Assembly (NCBI GenBank): GCA_902465325.1
Contig: CABQMV010000001.1
Coordinates: forward strand, 1-47,626
Direction: 5' to 3'
Source: an uncultured Oscillospiraceae bacterium
GTDB taxonomy: Bacteria > Bacillota > Clostridia > UBA1212 > SIG427
Length of the DNA stretch: 47,626 bases
Made by a program: the position numbers and the translations under genes. Below are positions 15,666 to 24,789 of the stretch, one piece after another. The notes under the pieces were generated by a model, which did no database searches, was not told the DNA's origin, and saw only the letters and a list, made by a program, of their open reading frames with translations. Position 1 is the first letter of the stretch. Each line of letters starts with the position of its first letter.

Positions 15666-16304
15666 TTAAGCTTTAAAGGCTTCTACCCGAAAGATAGGCT
15701 GGCCCCGATCCATAAAGCGACGTTCATATTCTGTTATGACACTATCCGTAACTGCCCCGTCTCCGTGCAGGTCGAAGGTAACATTTCTCAGGCTCCATCC
15801 GGTTTCCCGGTAATACTCCAAGGAGGCCTCAAACAAATCCCGGTTATCCGTCTTTTGATGAATCTCCCCGCCGCCCCCCAGAATCGTTTCATATATTTTA
15901 AGAAAACTGGGATACGTCAGGCGGCGCTTATGCTGACGGGTTTTCGGCCAGGGATCACTGAAATTCAAATAGATCCGGTCTACCTCTCCCGACGCAAAAA
16001 TATTCTCCAGCATTCTGGCATCACAGGTAAGAAAGTGTACATTGGTAAGCTCTGCCTCCAAAGCCTTTTCCATAGCCATAACAATTACATTGCGCACAAT
16101 TTCCACGGCAACATAATCAATCTCCGGATGTCTTGCCGCCATACCGCAGATAAAGGCTCCCTTTCCGCAGCCAATTTCCAGATGCAAAGGGCGCTGAGCC
16201 TCCAGAAGACGCCATTTTCCTTTCCTCTCGCAGGGATCTGTAATATGGAGAGTCCCGCATCGCGCAATGCGTTCCTCTAAGTGTTTTTTAGGTCTCGGTC
16301 TCAT
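15666..16304 (-). CDS. trmB: tRNA (guanine46-N7)-methyltransferase
   Basis: LEIGCGKGAF, YLNFSDPWPKTRQHKRRL. Confidence 0.95.
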   Translation of the reverse strand: MRPRPKKHLEERIARCGTLHITDPCERKGKWRLLEAQRPLHLEIGCGKGAFICGMAARHPEIDYVAVEIVRNVIVMAMEKALEAELTNVHFLTCDARMLENIFASGEVDRIYLNFSDPWPKTRQHKRRLTYPSFLKIYETILGGGGEIHQKTDNRDLFEASLEYYRETGWSLRNVTFDLHGDGAVTDSVITEYERRFMDRGQPIFRVEAFKA

Positions 16305-16321
16305 TTTCTCTCCTTAAAATT

Positions 16322-17083
16322 TTATAGAATAAGAGCACCGTCACCGGCAGGCCGGAAAGAGACAAGCACCCTGCCCGGCAAACGGTCTGCCAAAGCCCGC
16401 ATACCCGGCAGTTCTGTAGCATAGTGTCCGCTTAAATACACAGTAAAATTTTCAAAAGACAAGTCAATCAGAGCCGACTGCTTCGCCTCTCCCGTTACAA
16501 GCGCGTCGCAGCCATATTCCGAAATCCAGTCAAGCTCATCGTCGTAGGCCCCGCAGGATACGCCTACCCTTTTGATCAGCTGCTCCGGTCCTTTATTATA
16601 TAATCCCCGGCTCCTTGTGTCCAGCCGGGAATTCAATCTATCCATAAAGACGGAGGCAGAGACAGGATCTGTCAGCTCTCCTACATAGTGAAAACCGTCC
16701 CGGACAGCTCGTATATTTTCCAGTCCTAAAGCCAGAGCCAAATGATAATTAATGCCAAAAGGCGCAGGCGCCATATCTAGATTCGTATGATAGGAGAGCA
16801 CCGTAATGTTTTCTTTTATCGCTCTAAAAATACGCCTGTCCGTTCCTCGGGTTTCTTCAAGGCGGGTCAAGCCGTGAAAAATAATTGGATGGTGCGTAAT
16901 AATTAAATTACAATTTTGATCCGCTGCTTCCTCAAAAACCTTCCCGGTCAAATCCACACACAACAGGACGCCCGTCACTTCCTGTGACGGGCTTCCTACC
17001 ATAAGACCCACATTGTCCCAGTCAAGGGCATTTTCAACAGGAGCCTCTTTCTCTATCCAATCCATATAATCCTTTACGGTCAT
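16322..17083 (-). CDS. Nif3-like dinuclear metal centre protein (YqfO family)
   Basis: WDNVGLMVG, LIITHHPIIF, HTNLD. Lies downstream of trmK, as in Bacillus. Confidence 0.9.
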   Translation of the reverse strand: MTVKDYMDWIEKEAPVENALDWDNVGLMVGSPSQEVTGVLLCVDLTGKVFEEAADQNCNLIITHHPIIFHGLTRLEETRGTDRRIFRAIKENITVLSYHTNLDMAPAPFGINYHLALALGLENIRAVRDGFHYVGELTDPVSASVFMDRLNSRLDTRSRGLYNKGPEQLIKRVGVSCGAYDDELDWISEYGCDALVTGEAKQSALIDLSFENFTVYLSGHYATELPGMRALADRLPGRVLVSFRPAGDGALIL

Positions 17084-17760
17084 ATATAGTCCTCCAAAAA
17101 ACTCATAAGATTCCTAACCGCCTGAATTTCCTCCGCCGGCACATTGTAGGAATGCTCCAGACCCACAAGTTTGCGGTACATTTTTTCATACAACGCCCGA
17201 AAATACACAACCCCCTCCGGTTTATCCTGTAAGATACTTCCCATTTCCAGATCAATGTCAGAAAGGTCTTTGGGCGCTGCCCCAGTATATTGAACAGTCA
17301 TAAAAACATAAATATGCTTTTTCTCCGCGGCGCAGTTCTCGTCTAAAATTTCATAGCCGTTCTCATTCAGGTATTTTCTCAGGTCAGCCCGGCAGGTATT
17401 GGGCTGTAAAATAATTTTTTCCGCTGTACACGCTACCTCCGGAGTGCGGGCTAATATATCGGCAATCATTGTCCCGCCCATTCCCGCAATAACATATACA
17501 TCACATTCTCCCGGCGAGTAGGGCCTGAGTCCCTCTCCCAGCCGCAAATCAATCCTGGCCCTGAGCCCCGTACGTCTGATATTGTCGCTTGCTTTTCTCA
17601 GCGGTCCTTTATTGATATCGGATGCAATAGCTTTCTCACACATACTGTTTTCAATCATATATATCGGCACCAGGGCATGATCAGTGCCTACATCGCCCAA
17701 TACACGGCAATTTCCCGCTAGCTCCCATAATTTCTGAATTCTTGAACTGTAATTAAACAT
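17080..17760 (-). CDS. trmK: tRNA (adenine22-N1)-methyltransferase
   Basis: GDVGTDHALVPIYM, ASDINKGPL, VIAGMGG. Start taken at the internal ATG (MFNYSSR). Confidence 0.9.
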   Translation of the reverse strand: MFNYSSRIQKLWELAGNCRVLGDVGTDHALVPIYMIENSMCEKAIASDINKGPLRKASDNIRRTGLRARIDLRLGEGLRPYSPGECDVYVIAGMGGTMIADILARTPEVACTAEKIILQPNTCRADLRKYLNENGYEILDENCAAEKKHIYVFMTVQYTGAAPKDLSDIDLEMGSILQDKPEGVVYFRALYEKMYRKLVGLEHSYNVPAEEIQAVRNLMSFLEDYI

Positions 17761-18559
17761 ATAACTGCGCCTCCACTGGATAGTGATCAGAAAGATACAA
17801 CCCCTCATTTTCTTGTTCCCCGTGACAGATCCCTACTTCCTTCACCCCTTCAGCTGTACGGCGATCTGTAAAAATATAATCTATTTTTTCCTGTGCCTTT
17901 CCGTAATTGTGGAAAGTACAGGGCAGCTCTTTCGTAATGTCAAGCAAAGAGGGTCTGACTGACTGCTCCAAAACTCGCAAGGGCTCACTGCCGGGCACTG
18001 CATTAAAATCTCCGGTCAGCACAGTAGACAGCTCCGGCCAGTTACGGCGATCTTCCATATGCCGCAGTATCAAAGTCAGGCCCATAGTTCTGGCATATTC
18101 TTCCACATGATCTAAATGCGTATTGTAAATCCGAAGCAATTTTCCCTTCGATCGCCCTCCGTTTATAGACAGCCACAGCACAGTACAAATTCTGGGATGT
18201 CTGCTCTGATAGGCGTATCGGCTTCCCGCTTTCTCCGGCGTGTCTGAAAGCCAAAAGGTTTCTGCCCGTACTAAGCGAAAAATATCTCTCTTGTAAGCAA
18301 CACTGCACTGTTCTCCGTCAAAGTTGGCTTCTCTTCCGCAGCCAACCATGTAGTATCCGGAAAGCCTAGGCGCAATGGCAGCTGCCATTGCCGGTGTCAG
18401 CTCCTGAAAACAAAGTATGTCCGGCTGATGCCGGTTGAAAAAGGCACAAATGCCATCCTTTCTTTTTGAAAACGAATTCACGCCATCCATGGCATTCTCA
18501 GTGCGTATATTAAATGTTACAATTTTAAGACAGACATTCAAATCAGTTAGTCCTTTCAT
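17753..18559 (-). CDS. endonuclease/exonuclease/phosphatase (EEP) family protein
   Basis: VTFNIR, DILCFQE, NTHLDH, GDFN, SDHYPV. Confidence 0.85.
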   Translation of the reverse strand: MKGLTDLNVCLKIVTFNIRTENAMDGVNSFSKRKDGICAFFNRHQPDILCFQELTPAMAAAIAPRLSGYYMVGCGREANFDGEQCSVAYKRDIFRLVRAETFWLSDTPEKAGSRYAYQSRHPRICTVLWLSINGGRSKGKLLRIYNTHLDHVEEYARTMGLTLILRHMEDRRNWPELSTVLTGDFNAVPGSEPLRVLEQSVRPSLLDITKELPCTFHNYGKAQEKIDYIFTDRRTAEGVKEVGICHGEQENEGLYLSDHYPVEAQLYV

Positions 18560-18671
18560 TAACTTGCTTCTTTATTTTAATATAGAAGTTACTTTTTTGG
18601 CAAGTGTTTTCGGGATAAAACTGTAAAGTATTCCAATTTTTATATTTTACTTTATCCGGAAAATAAAGGGG

Positions 18672-18700
18672 TTGACATCCAATACTATGCGTAGTATATT
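18672..18700 (+). promoter_or_regulatory. sigma-A promoter with an embedded palindrome (candidate PadR operator)
   Basis: TTGACA, 17 nt spacer, TATATT. The spacer contains ATACTA-TGCG-TAGTAT (18682-18697). Confidence 0.55.
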
Positions 18701-18727
18701 ATTGTGCATAAGGAGGCATCGGGCAGT

Positions 18728-19045
18728 ATGGATATACAATTAAAAAGAGGATTGCTTGAAAATTGCGTGCTTGCGGTACTCCATAAAAACGACTCCTACG
18801 GATACCAGATTATAAAGGATATTTCTCCGTGCATATCCATATCGGAATCCACGCTGTATCCTATTTTAAAAAGACTGGAAGCTTCCGGCTGTCTTGCGGT
18901 CTATACCACAGAGCATAATGGCCGCCTGAGAAAATATTACAGAATTACGCAGGAAGGAAGTCAGCAGCTTCAGAACTTTTTACAGGAATGGAAGGAAGTT
19001 ATGGATGTATACAATTTTATTGTCAAAGCGCATCGGGATGTTTAA
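18728..19045 (+). CDS. PadR family transcriptional regulator
   Basis: LENCVLAVLHKNDSYGYQIIKDI...STLYPILKRLEASG...RKYYRIT. Confidence 0.9.
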   Translation: MDIQLKRGLLENCVLAVLHKNDSYGYQIIKDISPCISISESTLYPILKRLEASGCLAVYTTEHNGRLRKYYRITQEGSQQLQNFLQEWKEVMDVYNFIVKAHRDV

Positions 19046-19144
19046 TACGGTTGGCACTCAGCCTCCCTTCGAGCCATGGCGGCGGCTCAAATATATCGGC
19101 CTTGCCGTTATACCGTCGGAAATTTAATAAGGTTGGTGATTTAA

Positions 19145-19732
19145 ATGGGAAAGCAGCAATTTTTAGAGGCGCTTCGGCAGGCACTGAAGCCTGTTCCAGA
19201 AGCAGAGATAGAAAAAACAGTACTTTACTACAGCGAAATGATTGACGATCGGATGGAAGATGGACGAAGTGAGGAAGAAGCCATTGCCGGCCTGGAGGAC
19301 ATTTCTACAATCGCGCAGCGCGTCAAGTGTGACCTGCCGCTGAATGTAATGGTAAAGGCAAAGGCGGAGGCCCGGGGAGGACTTCAGTGGTGGCATGTAC
19401 TGCTCCTCATTATGGGATTTCCTCTCTGGTTTCCTCTTGGCATCGCCCTGCTGTCAGTGGTTCTGTCTTTTTACATTGTAATCTGGTCTCTTATTGTGTC
19501 CCTTTTTGCTGTAGTGTTCAGCATTGGACTGTCTGGGATTCTCCTGCTCATCAGCACGCCCGTCGCATTTATAAAAGGCGGCGTTTCTATTGGCCTTTTA
19601 ATTCTCGGTGCAGCGCTGATTCTGATGGCTCTGTCCATGTTCTTTTTCTTTCCTGTGTTTTTTGCCAGCAAAGGGCTGGTCAAATTTACGGTCTTTGTCG
19701 GCCGTAAGATGAAAGGAGCTCTGGTAAAATGA
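19145..19732 (+). CDS. DUF1700-type membrane protein (PadR-associated)
   Basis: N-terminal FLEALRQALKPVPEAEIEKTVLYYSEMIDD followed by hydrophobic segments. Confidence 0.8.
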   Translation: MGKQQFLEALRQALKPVPEAEIEKTVLYYSEMIDDRMEDGRSEEEAIAGLEDISTIAQRVKCDLPLNVMVKAKAEARGGLQWWHVLLLIMGFPLWFPLGIALLSVVLSFYIVIWSLIVSLFAVVFSIGLSGILLLISTPVAFIKGGVSIGLLILGAALILMALSMFFFFPVFFASKGLVKFTVFVGRKMKGALVK

Positions 19733-20544
19733 AAAAAGGTATTACTGTAACATTAATTGTAGCCGCCGTACTATTTGTTGTAGGAGGCTCCCTGTGTGTC
19801 ATTTCTCTCGCAGGCGTGGGCTGGAATCTGAAAGCACTTTCTACAGAGGAGCCGCTGCGAAGCAGATCTGTATCCTACCCCTTACAGGAAACTACCTCCA
19901 TTGTCATAGAAGATCGCAACAATGATATTATAATCAAAGAAACCCAAGGCGATCAGATTATTGTTACCTGCTGGGAAAACAACAATAAAAGCTATAACAT
20001 TTTCTTGGCAGACGGGCAGCTGGAAATAAAATACCAGGACCCCCAGGAATGGTTTCATTTCTTTACATTTGGATTTTGGGATGACAGAACACTGGTTGTT
20101 GAAATCCCCTCTGGCTACAGAGGAAGCATAGAAGCAGATACCTCCAACGGTTCGGTAGAGGCAGCCGGCCTGAGCACAGAAGCCAATCTCTATTTAGAAA
20201 CCAGCAATGCCAAAATCCAACTCAAAAATGTCCATACCACTGGGAAAGCAGAGCTCAAAACAACGAACGGAAAAATTACACTGGAAAATGTATCCGCAGA
20301 GAAGAAGATTACGGCAGATACCTCCAACGCAGACATTGAGGTGAAAGCTATTTCCGCCCCGGGAATTTTTCTGGACACCAGCAACGGAGACATTGAGGGA
20401 ACAATACTGGGCAGCTTGAACGACTACACCATTTCCTCCCATACCTCCAATGGCTCTAATAACCTGCCCGCCTCCTACAACGCAGGTCCCGGTGAATTGT
20501 CTGTTACGACCTCTAATGCAGATATAGAAATTCTGTTTCGATAA
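19729..20544 (+). CDS. DUF4097-type repeat (putative adhesin / beta-helix) protein
   Basis: N-terminal TM helix. Repeated TSNG/TSNA-x-I/V-E units. A 4-nt overlap with the upstream gene. Confidence 0.8.
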   Translation: MKKGITVTLIVAAVLFVVGGSLCVISLAGVGWNLKALSTEEPLRSRSVSYPLQETTSIVIEDRNNDIIIKETQGDQIIVTCWENNNKSYNIFLADGQLEIKYQDPQEWFHFFTFGFWDDRTLVVEIPSGYRGSIEADTSNGSVEAAGLSTEANLYLETSNAKIQLKNVHTTGKAELKTTNGKITLENVSAEKKITADTSNADIEVKAISAPGIFLDTSNGDIEGTILGSLNDYTISSHTSNGSNNLPASYNAGPGELSVTTSNADIEILFR

Positions 20545-20548
20545 AAAA

Positions 20549-22378
20549 TCATTTCACCCGCACCCTGTATTTCTCCAGCCAATAATTCAGCTGAAGCATA
20601 TAAGCCATTGTCTGAGGCGTGGTCATCAGCTGACCGTACCAGGGCTCACTGCGCTCACAGGTCAGCAGAGAGGCCACGGCGCCTCTGTCCAGAAGATGGA
20701 AGAGCGGTGTATCCGGATCAGAAAGCAAATCACAGATTGCATGCTCCAGCGCCTTTTTATAGCCGGGATTGTGGGTCTTTGGATAAGGACTTTTTTTACG
20801 CCACAGGATTTCAGAGGGAAGAACCCCTTGCATAGCTGCCCGCAGCAGGCCTTTTTCACGGCCCCCTAGATTTTTCATAGCCCAGGGCACACGGTAAAGG
20901 TACTCTGCAATTCTGTAGTCGCAGAAAGGAACCCTGCCTTCCAGACCGCTGTACATACTCATACGGTCCTTCCTGTCTAATAGTGTCTGCATAAACCAGT
21001 ATGTGTTCAGGTGTACCATCTGACGCATACGGGCCTCTACAGGATCCAGGTCATGCTGCATAGATACCTCCTCCAGTGCCTCCTCATACCGTCGGTTAAC
21101 ATAGGAAAAGCCATCCAGATATTCCCTCAGCTCCTTATTCAGGAAGCCCGCCCGGTATGCAGTGCTCTGTGCCCAGGGAAAGCCGTAGGCAGTCCGTATT
21201 TTTTCATCCCGATACCAGGGATACCCTCCAAAAATTTCATCGGCACATTCTCCGGACAAAACGACAGTCACGTGCTCCTTGATTTCCCTGCAAAACAGAA
21301 GCAGCGATGAATCCACATCCGCCATACCCGGCAGGTCCCTGGCATCCACCGCTCTATACAGAGCCTGCACCAGCTGGGGAGTATCAATTACAAAGGTGGT
21401 ATGGTCAGAATTTAAATAGCGCACCATAATCCCCACATAGTTATCGTCGCTGTCAGGCTGGAATCTGCTGCTGGTAAAATATTTATCATTGTCTCTGTAC
21501 GTAATAGTAAAGGTTTTCAGCCGCTGTCCGCGCAGAGCCAGCTGCTCTCCTGCAACAGCAGAAATAATACTGGAATCCAGGCCGCCGGACAAAAAAGTTC
21601 CAATAGGCACATCGCTGACCATCTGCCTGTGTATAGAATCGCATACCAAATATTTTACCCGAGCGATGGTTTCCTGCAAACTGTCAGTATGAGGAGCATC
21701 CTCATATTTCCAATACTGTCTCAGGCGCAGACCTTTCTCGGTAAAATATCCGCAGTATCCCGGACGCAGTTCGTATACGTTTTCAAAAACCCCGCAGCCA
21801 GGCGTTCTTCCCGGTCCAATAAATAGAATTTCAGAAAGTCCCTGCCGGTCAATGACCGCTTCCACGCTAGGGTGTGCCAGAAGACCTTTCAATTCGGAGG
21901 CAAAAATAAAGCTGCCGTCTCTTTCCGCATAGAAAAACGGTTTCACCCCCAAGCGGTCTCTGGCCATAAAAAGAGACTTATTTTCCTCGTCCCAAATTGC
22001 AAAAGCAAATATGCCGTTAAATTCCTCTACGCAGGATTGTCCGTGGCGGATGTACGCTCTTAATACCACCTCTGTATCGCTGTGGGTACGGAAGCATTCC
22101 CCCTCCTCCTCCAGACGGGTTCTCACTTCGGCCGTGTTATAGAGCTCACCGTTATAAACAATTGTATAGTAGTTATCTCCTGTAGCGGCGCTCATGGGCT
22201 GTCTTCCATTCCGGGGATCTATGACCGCCAGTCTGGCATGGAGCAGTACCGCACAGTTATCACAGTACATACCGTCATCATCTGGTCCCCTTTGCTTCAT
22301 GGACTCTATCATTTCTACATGATACGGAGCAAAACCGATTCCGTCTCTGATATTGACTTCCCCTGCTATGGCACACAT
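20549..22378 (-). CDS. asnB: asparagine synthase (glutamine-hydrolysing)
   Basis: MCAIAG N-terminal nucleophile and the SGGLDSS PP-loop. Start taken at the internal ATG. Confidence 0.9.
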   Translation of the reverse strand: MCAIAGEVNIRDGIGFAPYHVEMIESMKQRGPDDDGMYCDNCAVLLHARLAVIDPRNGRQPMSAATGDNYYTIVYNGELYNTAEVRTRLEEEGECFRTHSDTEVVLRAYIRHGQSCVEEFNGIFAFAIWDEENKSLFMARDRLGVKPFFYAERDGSFIFASELKGLLAHPSVEAVIDRQGLSEILFIGPGRTPGCGVFENVYELRPGYCGYFTEKGLRLRQYWKYEDAPHTDSLQETIARVKYLVCDSIHRQMVSDVPIGTFLSGGLDSSIISAVAGEQLALRGQRLKTFTITYRDNDKYFTSSRFQPDSDDNYVGIMVRYLNSDHTTFVIDTPQLVQALYRAVDARDLPGMADVDSSLLLFCREIKEHVTVVLSGECADEIFGGYPWYRDEKIRTAYGFPWAQSTAYRAGFLNKELREYLDGFSYVNRRYEEALEEVSMQHDLDPVEARMRQMVHLNTYWFMQTLLDRKDRMSMYSGLEGRVPFCDYRIAEYLYRVPWAMKNLGGREKGLLRAAMQGVLPSEILWRKKSPYPKTHNPGYKKALEHAICDLLSDPDTPLFHLLDRGAVASLLTCERSEPWYGQLMTTPQTMAYMLQLNYWLEKYRVRVK

Positions 22379-22503
22379 GCTTATATTCTCCCAAAGTAAA
22401 TATTCTTTATAGCTATTATATGCGTACCGCAAACCTTGTGTCACAGGGGAGTAATGTAGTATAATAATTATGTATTATTTACAGAAAAGGTATGATAACC
22501 GGT

Positions 22504-22965
22504 ATGAACAAAAGCCGCTTAACCCCCGTCCGGGTAATGATAATATTGCTGGCCCTGCTGGGTGCAGTCCTCTATCTGCTGCTTGGCTCTGTCACCGTTT
22601 CCGTAGGAAAGGACAGTGTGACAGTCAGCGGTACGCTGGCCTCCTCTGTTACTATGCAATACAGTGATATTGAGGAATATGAACTCCATACTCATATGGA
22701 TATTGGAACCTGTAGTTTTGGTCTGAATACCAGGAAAACACTGACCGGTAAATATGCTTCTCCTATATACGGTTCCTATAATCTGTTTTACTACAAAAAT
22801 GTACATAAATTTATTATGCTAAAAACAGCAGAAACTACCATCATTTTTAACTGTCCCTCTGAAGAAGAGACCATTCGATGCTTTGAAGAAATAAACGGAT
22901 ATATCCAGAGCAATGTACATTCGGAGCTGCCTGTACCGACCCCGGAGAAAGCTACAGAAGCGTAA
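22504..22965 (+). CDS. hypothetical membrane-anchored protein
   Basis: One N-terminal TM helix. I recognise no motif. Confidence 0.5.
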   Translation: MNKSRLTPVRVMIILLALLGAVLYLLLGSVTVSVGKDSVTVSGTLASSVTMQYSDIEEYELHTHMDIGTCSFGLNTRKTLTGKYASPIYGSYNLFYYKNVHKFIMLKTAETTIIFNCPSEEETIRCFEEINGYIQSNVHSELPVPTPEKATEA

Positions 22966-23009
22966 TACGATACAATAAATTAAAATAAAACAGTAAGGAT
23001 GGTACAAAA

Positions 23010-24698
23010 ATGGACGTAAACCTCTATCCACAGCCAAAAGAATTAACCCTCCGCCAACAGAGCAGCGGCGCTGTACCGGGCCGTCTCCAGGCGGAAACCC
23101 AGCTCTGCGGGAAGCTGGGTCCGCAAACCTATACCCTACAGATTCAGGAAGGTCGTATAAAGCTGCAGGGAGGAAGTCCGGCGGCACTGTTTATGGCAGG
23201 CCAGACCTTGAAGCAACTGGAAATTCTCTATCCCGACCAATTGCCGTCCCTCTATATAAAAGATTGGCCGGATGTAAAAAAAAGAGGATTTATGCTGGAC
23301 ATTTCCCGGGGAAAAATACCGACCCTGGAAACACTGAAGCATCTTGTTGATCTATTAGCCCTGTTAAAATTTAATCAGCTGCAGCTTTATATGGAAAGCC
23401 CCTGTTTTAAATATCCGGCCTATGAAAAAGAAATTTCAGACTGTCAGGGGTTGACGCCGGAGGATATCCGGCAGCTGGACACCTACTGCAGGGACCGTTT
23501 CATTGAATTAATACCCAATCAGAATAGCTTCGGCCATCTTTTTTCCTGGCTGGGCCGCCAGGAATTCAAGAGCCTGACCATCCCAGGAGGCTGGGATACT
23601 TTGGATCCTGCCAATCCCGACTCTTTGAAATTTTTAGAAAGACTGTACGACTCTCTGCTGCCCTGTTTTCGATCCTCTTATCTGAATGTAGGCTGCGATG
23701 AGGTGCCTATTGACGATCCACAGAAATATTTTGATTTTTTAATGAAAATATATACACTGGTAAAAGCAAGGGATCACAAAATGATGTTTTGGGGAGATAT
23801 TATTCTCAACCATCCTGAATATTTGGAGCAGCTTCCTAAAGACCTAATCCCCCTGGCATGGGGATACCGGAAATCACTGGAGGAAGACTGCCGGAAGCTG
23901 CATGAGCTGGGATTTCGCTATTATGCCTGCCCCGGCACCAGCAGCTGGAACACGGTATTTGGCGATCCCGCTCGGGCAGCCTTTAATATGCAGTGCGCTG
24001 TGAAGGGAGTGCTAAATTTTCAGGGAGACGGTGTTTTGCTTACAGACTGGGGAGATAAAGGACATTCCCAGTTTCCTGCCGTGTCCTATCCGGCAATCGC
24101 ACTTTTCAGCGGTCTGTGCTGGAATTACCAGGTCTATGAAAACTGGGACTATTCCGGAGCGGTGGCTTTTCTGGATAAGGTTTTGTTTCAAGTAAAGAAT
24201 GGCTCCCTGGCCTCCCTCCTGCTGGAGGCCGGCAGAATGTTTCCAAAGCGCAGCACCTCTAATGACAGTGAACCGTTTCTATGGCTTTCTATGGCCTTTT
24301 ATGAAAAAGAAGCCTTTGCCTACTGGGATCAGGCCAAGGCAGCAGCAACTCAAAGGCGTCTGCATGAAATGGCGGAGCAGGTCCGTGCTCTGGAGCTGGA
24401 CTGCTATGACGGGGAAATCCTGAAAGAGGAATTTTGTCAGGGAGTTGCTCTGACAGACCTGTTCTTTGATGTATTTCAGATGCGGCTGGACCGTTACGCT
24501 GCAGGAGAAAATGGAACATACCAATATAAGGAGCCCCTTAGGGCACTGCAGGAAAAATCCGCCCTTCTCCAGAAGGAACATACCCGCATTTGGGAAAAAC
24601 GGAATTTCTCCCAGGGTTCTGATATTTTCTGGAATTGGTGTATGGGCAGACTTTTTGAAGAAATACAGCGAAACTGTCAGGCACAGGCAGAAAAATAG
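23010..24698 (+). CDS. glycoside hydrolase family 20-like (beta-N-acetylhexosaminidase-like)
   Basis: KKRGFMLDISRGKIPTLETLKHLVDLLALLKFNQLQLY, NQNSFGH, NVGCDEV. Confidence 0.75.
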   Translation: MDVNLYPQPKELTLRQQSSGAVPGRLQAETQLCGKLGPQTYTLQIQEGRIKLQGGSPAALFMAGQTLKQLEILYPDQLPSLYIKDWPDVKKRGFMLDISRGKIPTLETLKHLVDLLALLKFNQLQLYMESPCFKYPAYEKEISDCQGLTPEDIRQLDTYCRDRFIELIPNQNSFGHLFSWLGRQEFKSLTIPGGWDTLDPANPDSLKFLERLYDSLLPCFRSSYLNVGCDEVPIDDPQKYFDFLMKIYTLVKARDHKMMFWGDIILNHPEYLEQLPKDLIPLAWGYRKSLEEDCRKLHELGFRYYACPGTSSWNTVFGDPARAAFNMQCAVKGVLNFQGDGVLLTDWGDKGHSQFPAVSYPAIALFSGLCWNYQVYENWDYSGAVAFLDKVLFQVKNGSLASLLLEAGRMFPKRSTSNDSEPFLWLSMAFYEKEAFAYWDQAKAAATQRRLHEMAEQVRALELDCYDGEILKEEFCQGVALTDLFFDVFQMRLDRYAAGENGTYQYKEPLRALQEKSALLQKEHTRIWEKRNFSQGSDIFWNWCMGRLFEEIQRNCQAQAEK

Positions 24699-24725
24699 AA
24701 ACGAGCTCCCTACTGGAAACAAAAA

Positions 24726-24770
24726 GCAGGGCCTGTGGAAGTTGCAAACAACAATTTCCGCGGGCCCTGC
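24726..24770. terminator. hairpin between convergent genes
   Basis: GCAGGGCC / GGCCCTGC outer stem with an inner GGAA/TTCC. No clear T-run. Confidence 0.35.
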
Positions 24771-24789
24771 CAAATTGATTCCAATAGAG

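Noticed and set aside
15765-16280. 171-aa plus-strand ORF
   Set aside because: It is antisense to trmB.
24279-24773. 164-aa minus-strand ORF and neighbouring small ORFs at the GH20 3' end
   Set aside because: They are antisense to, or overlap, the GH20 gene and the intergenic hairpin, with no independent support.
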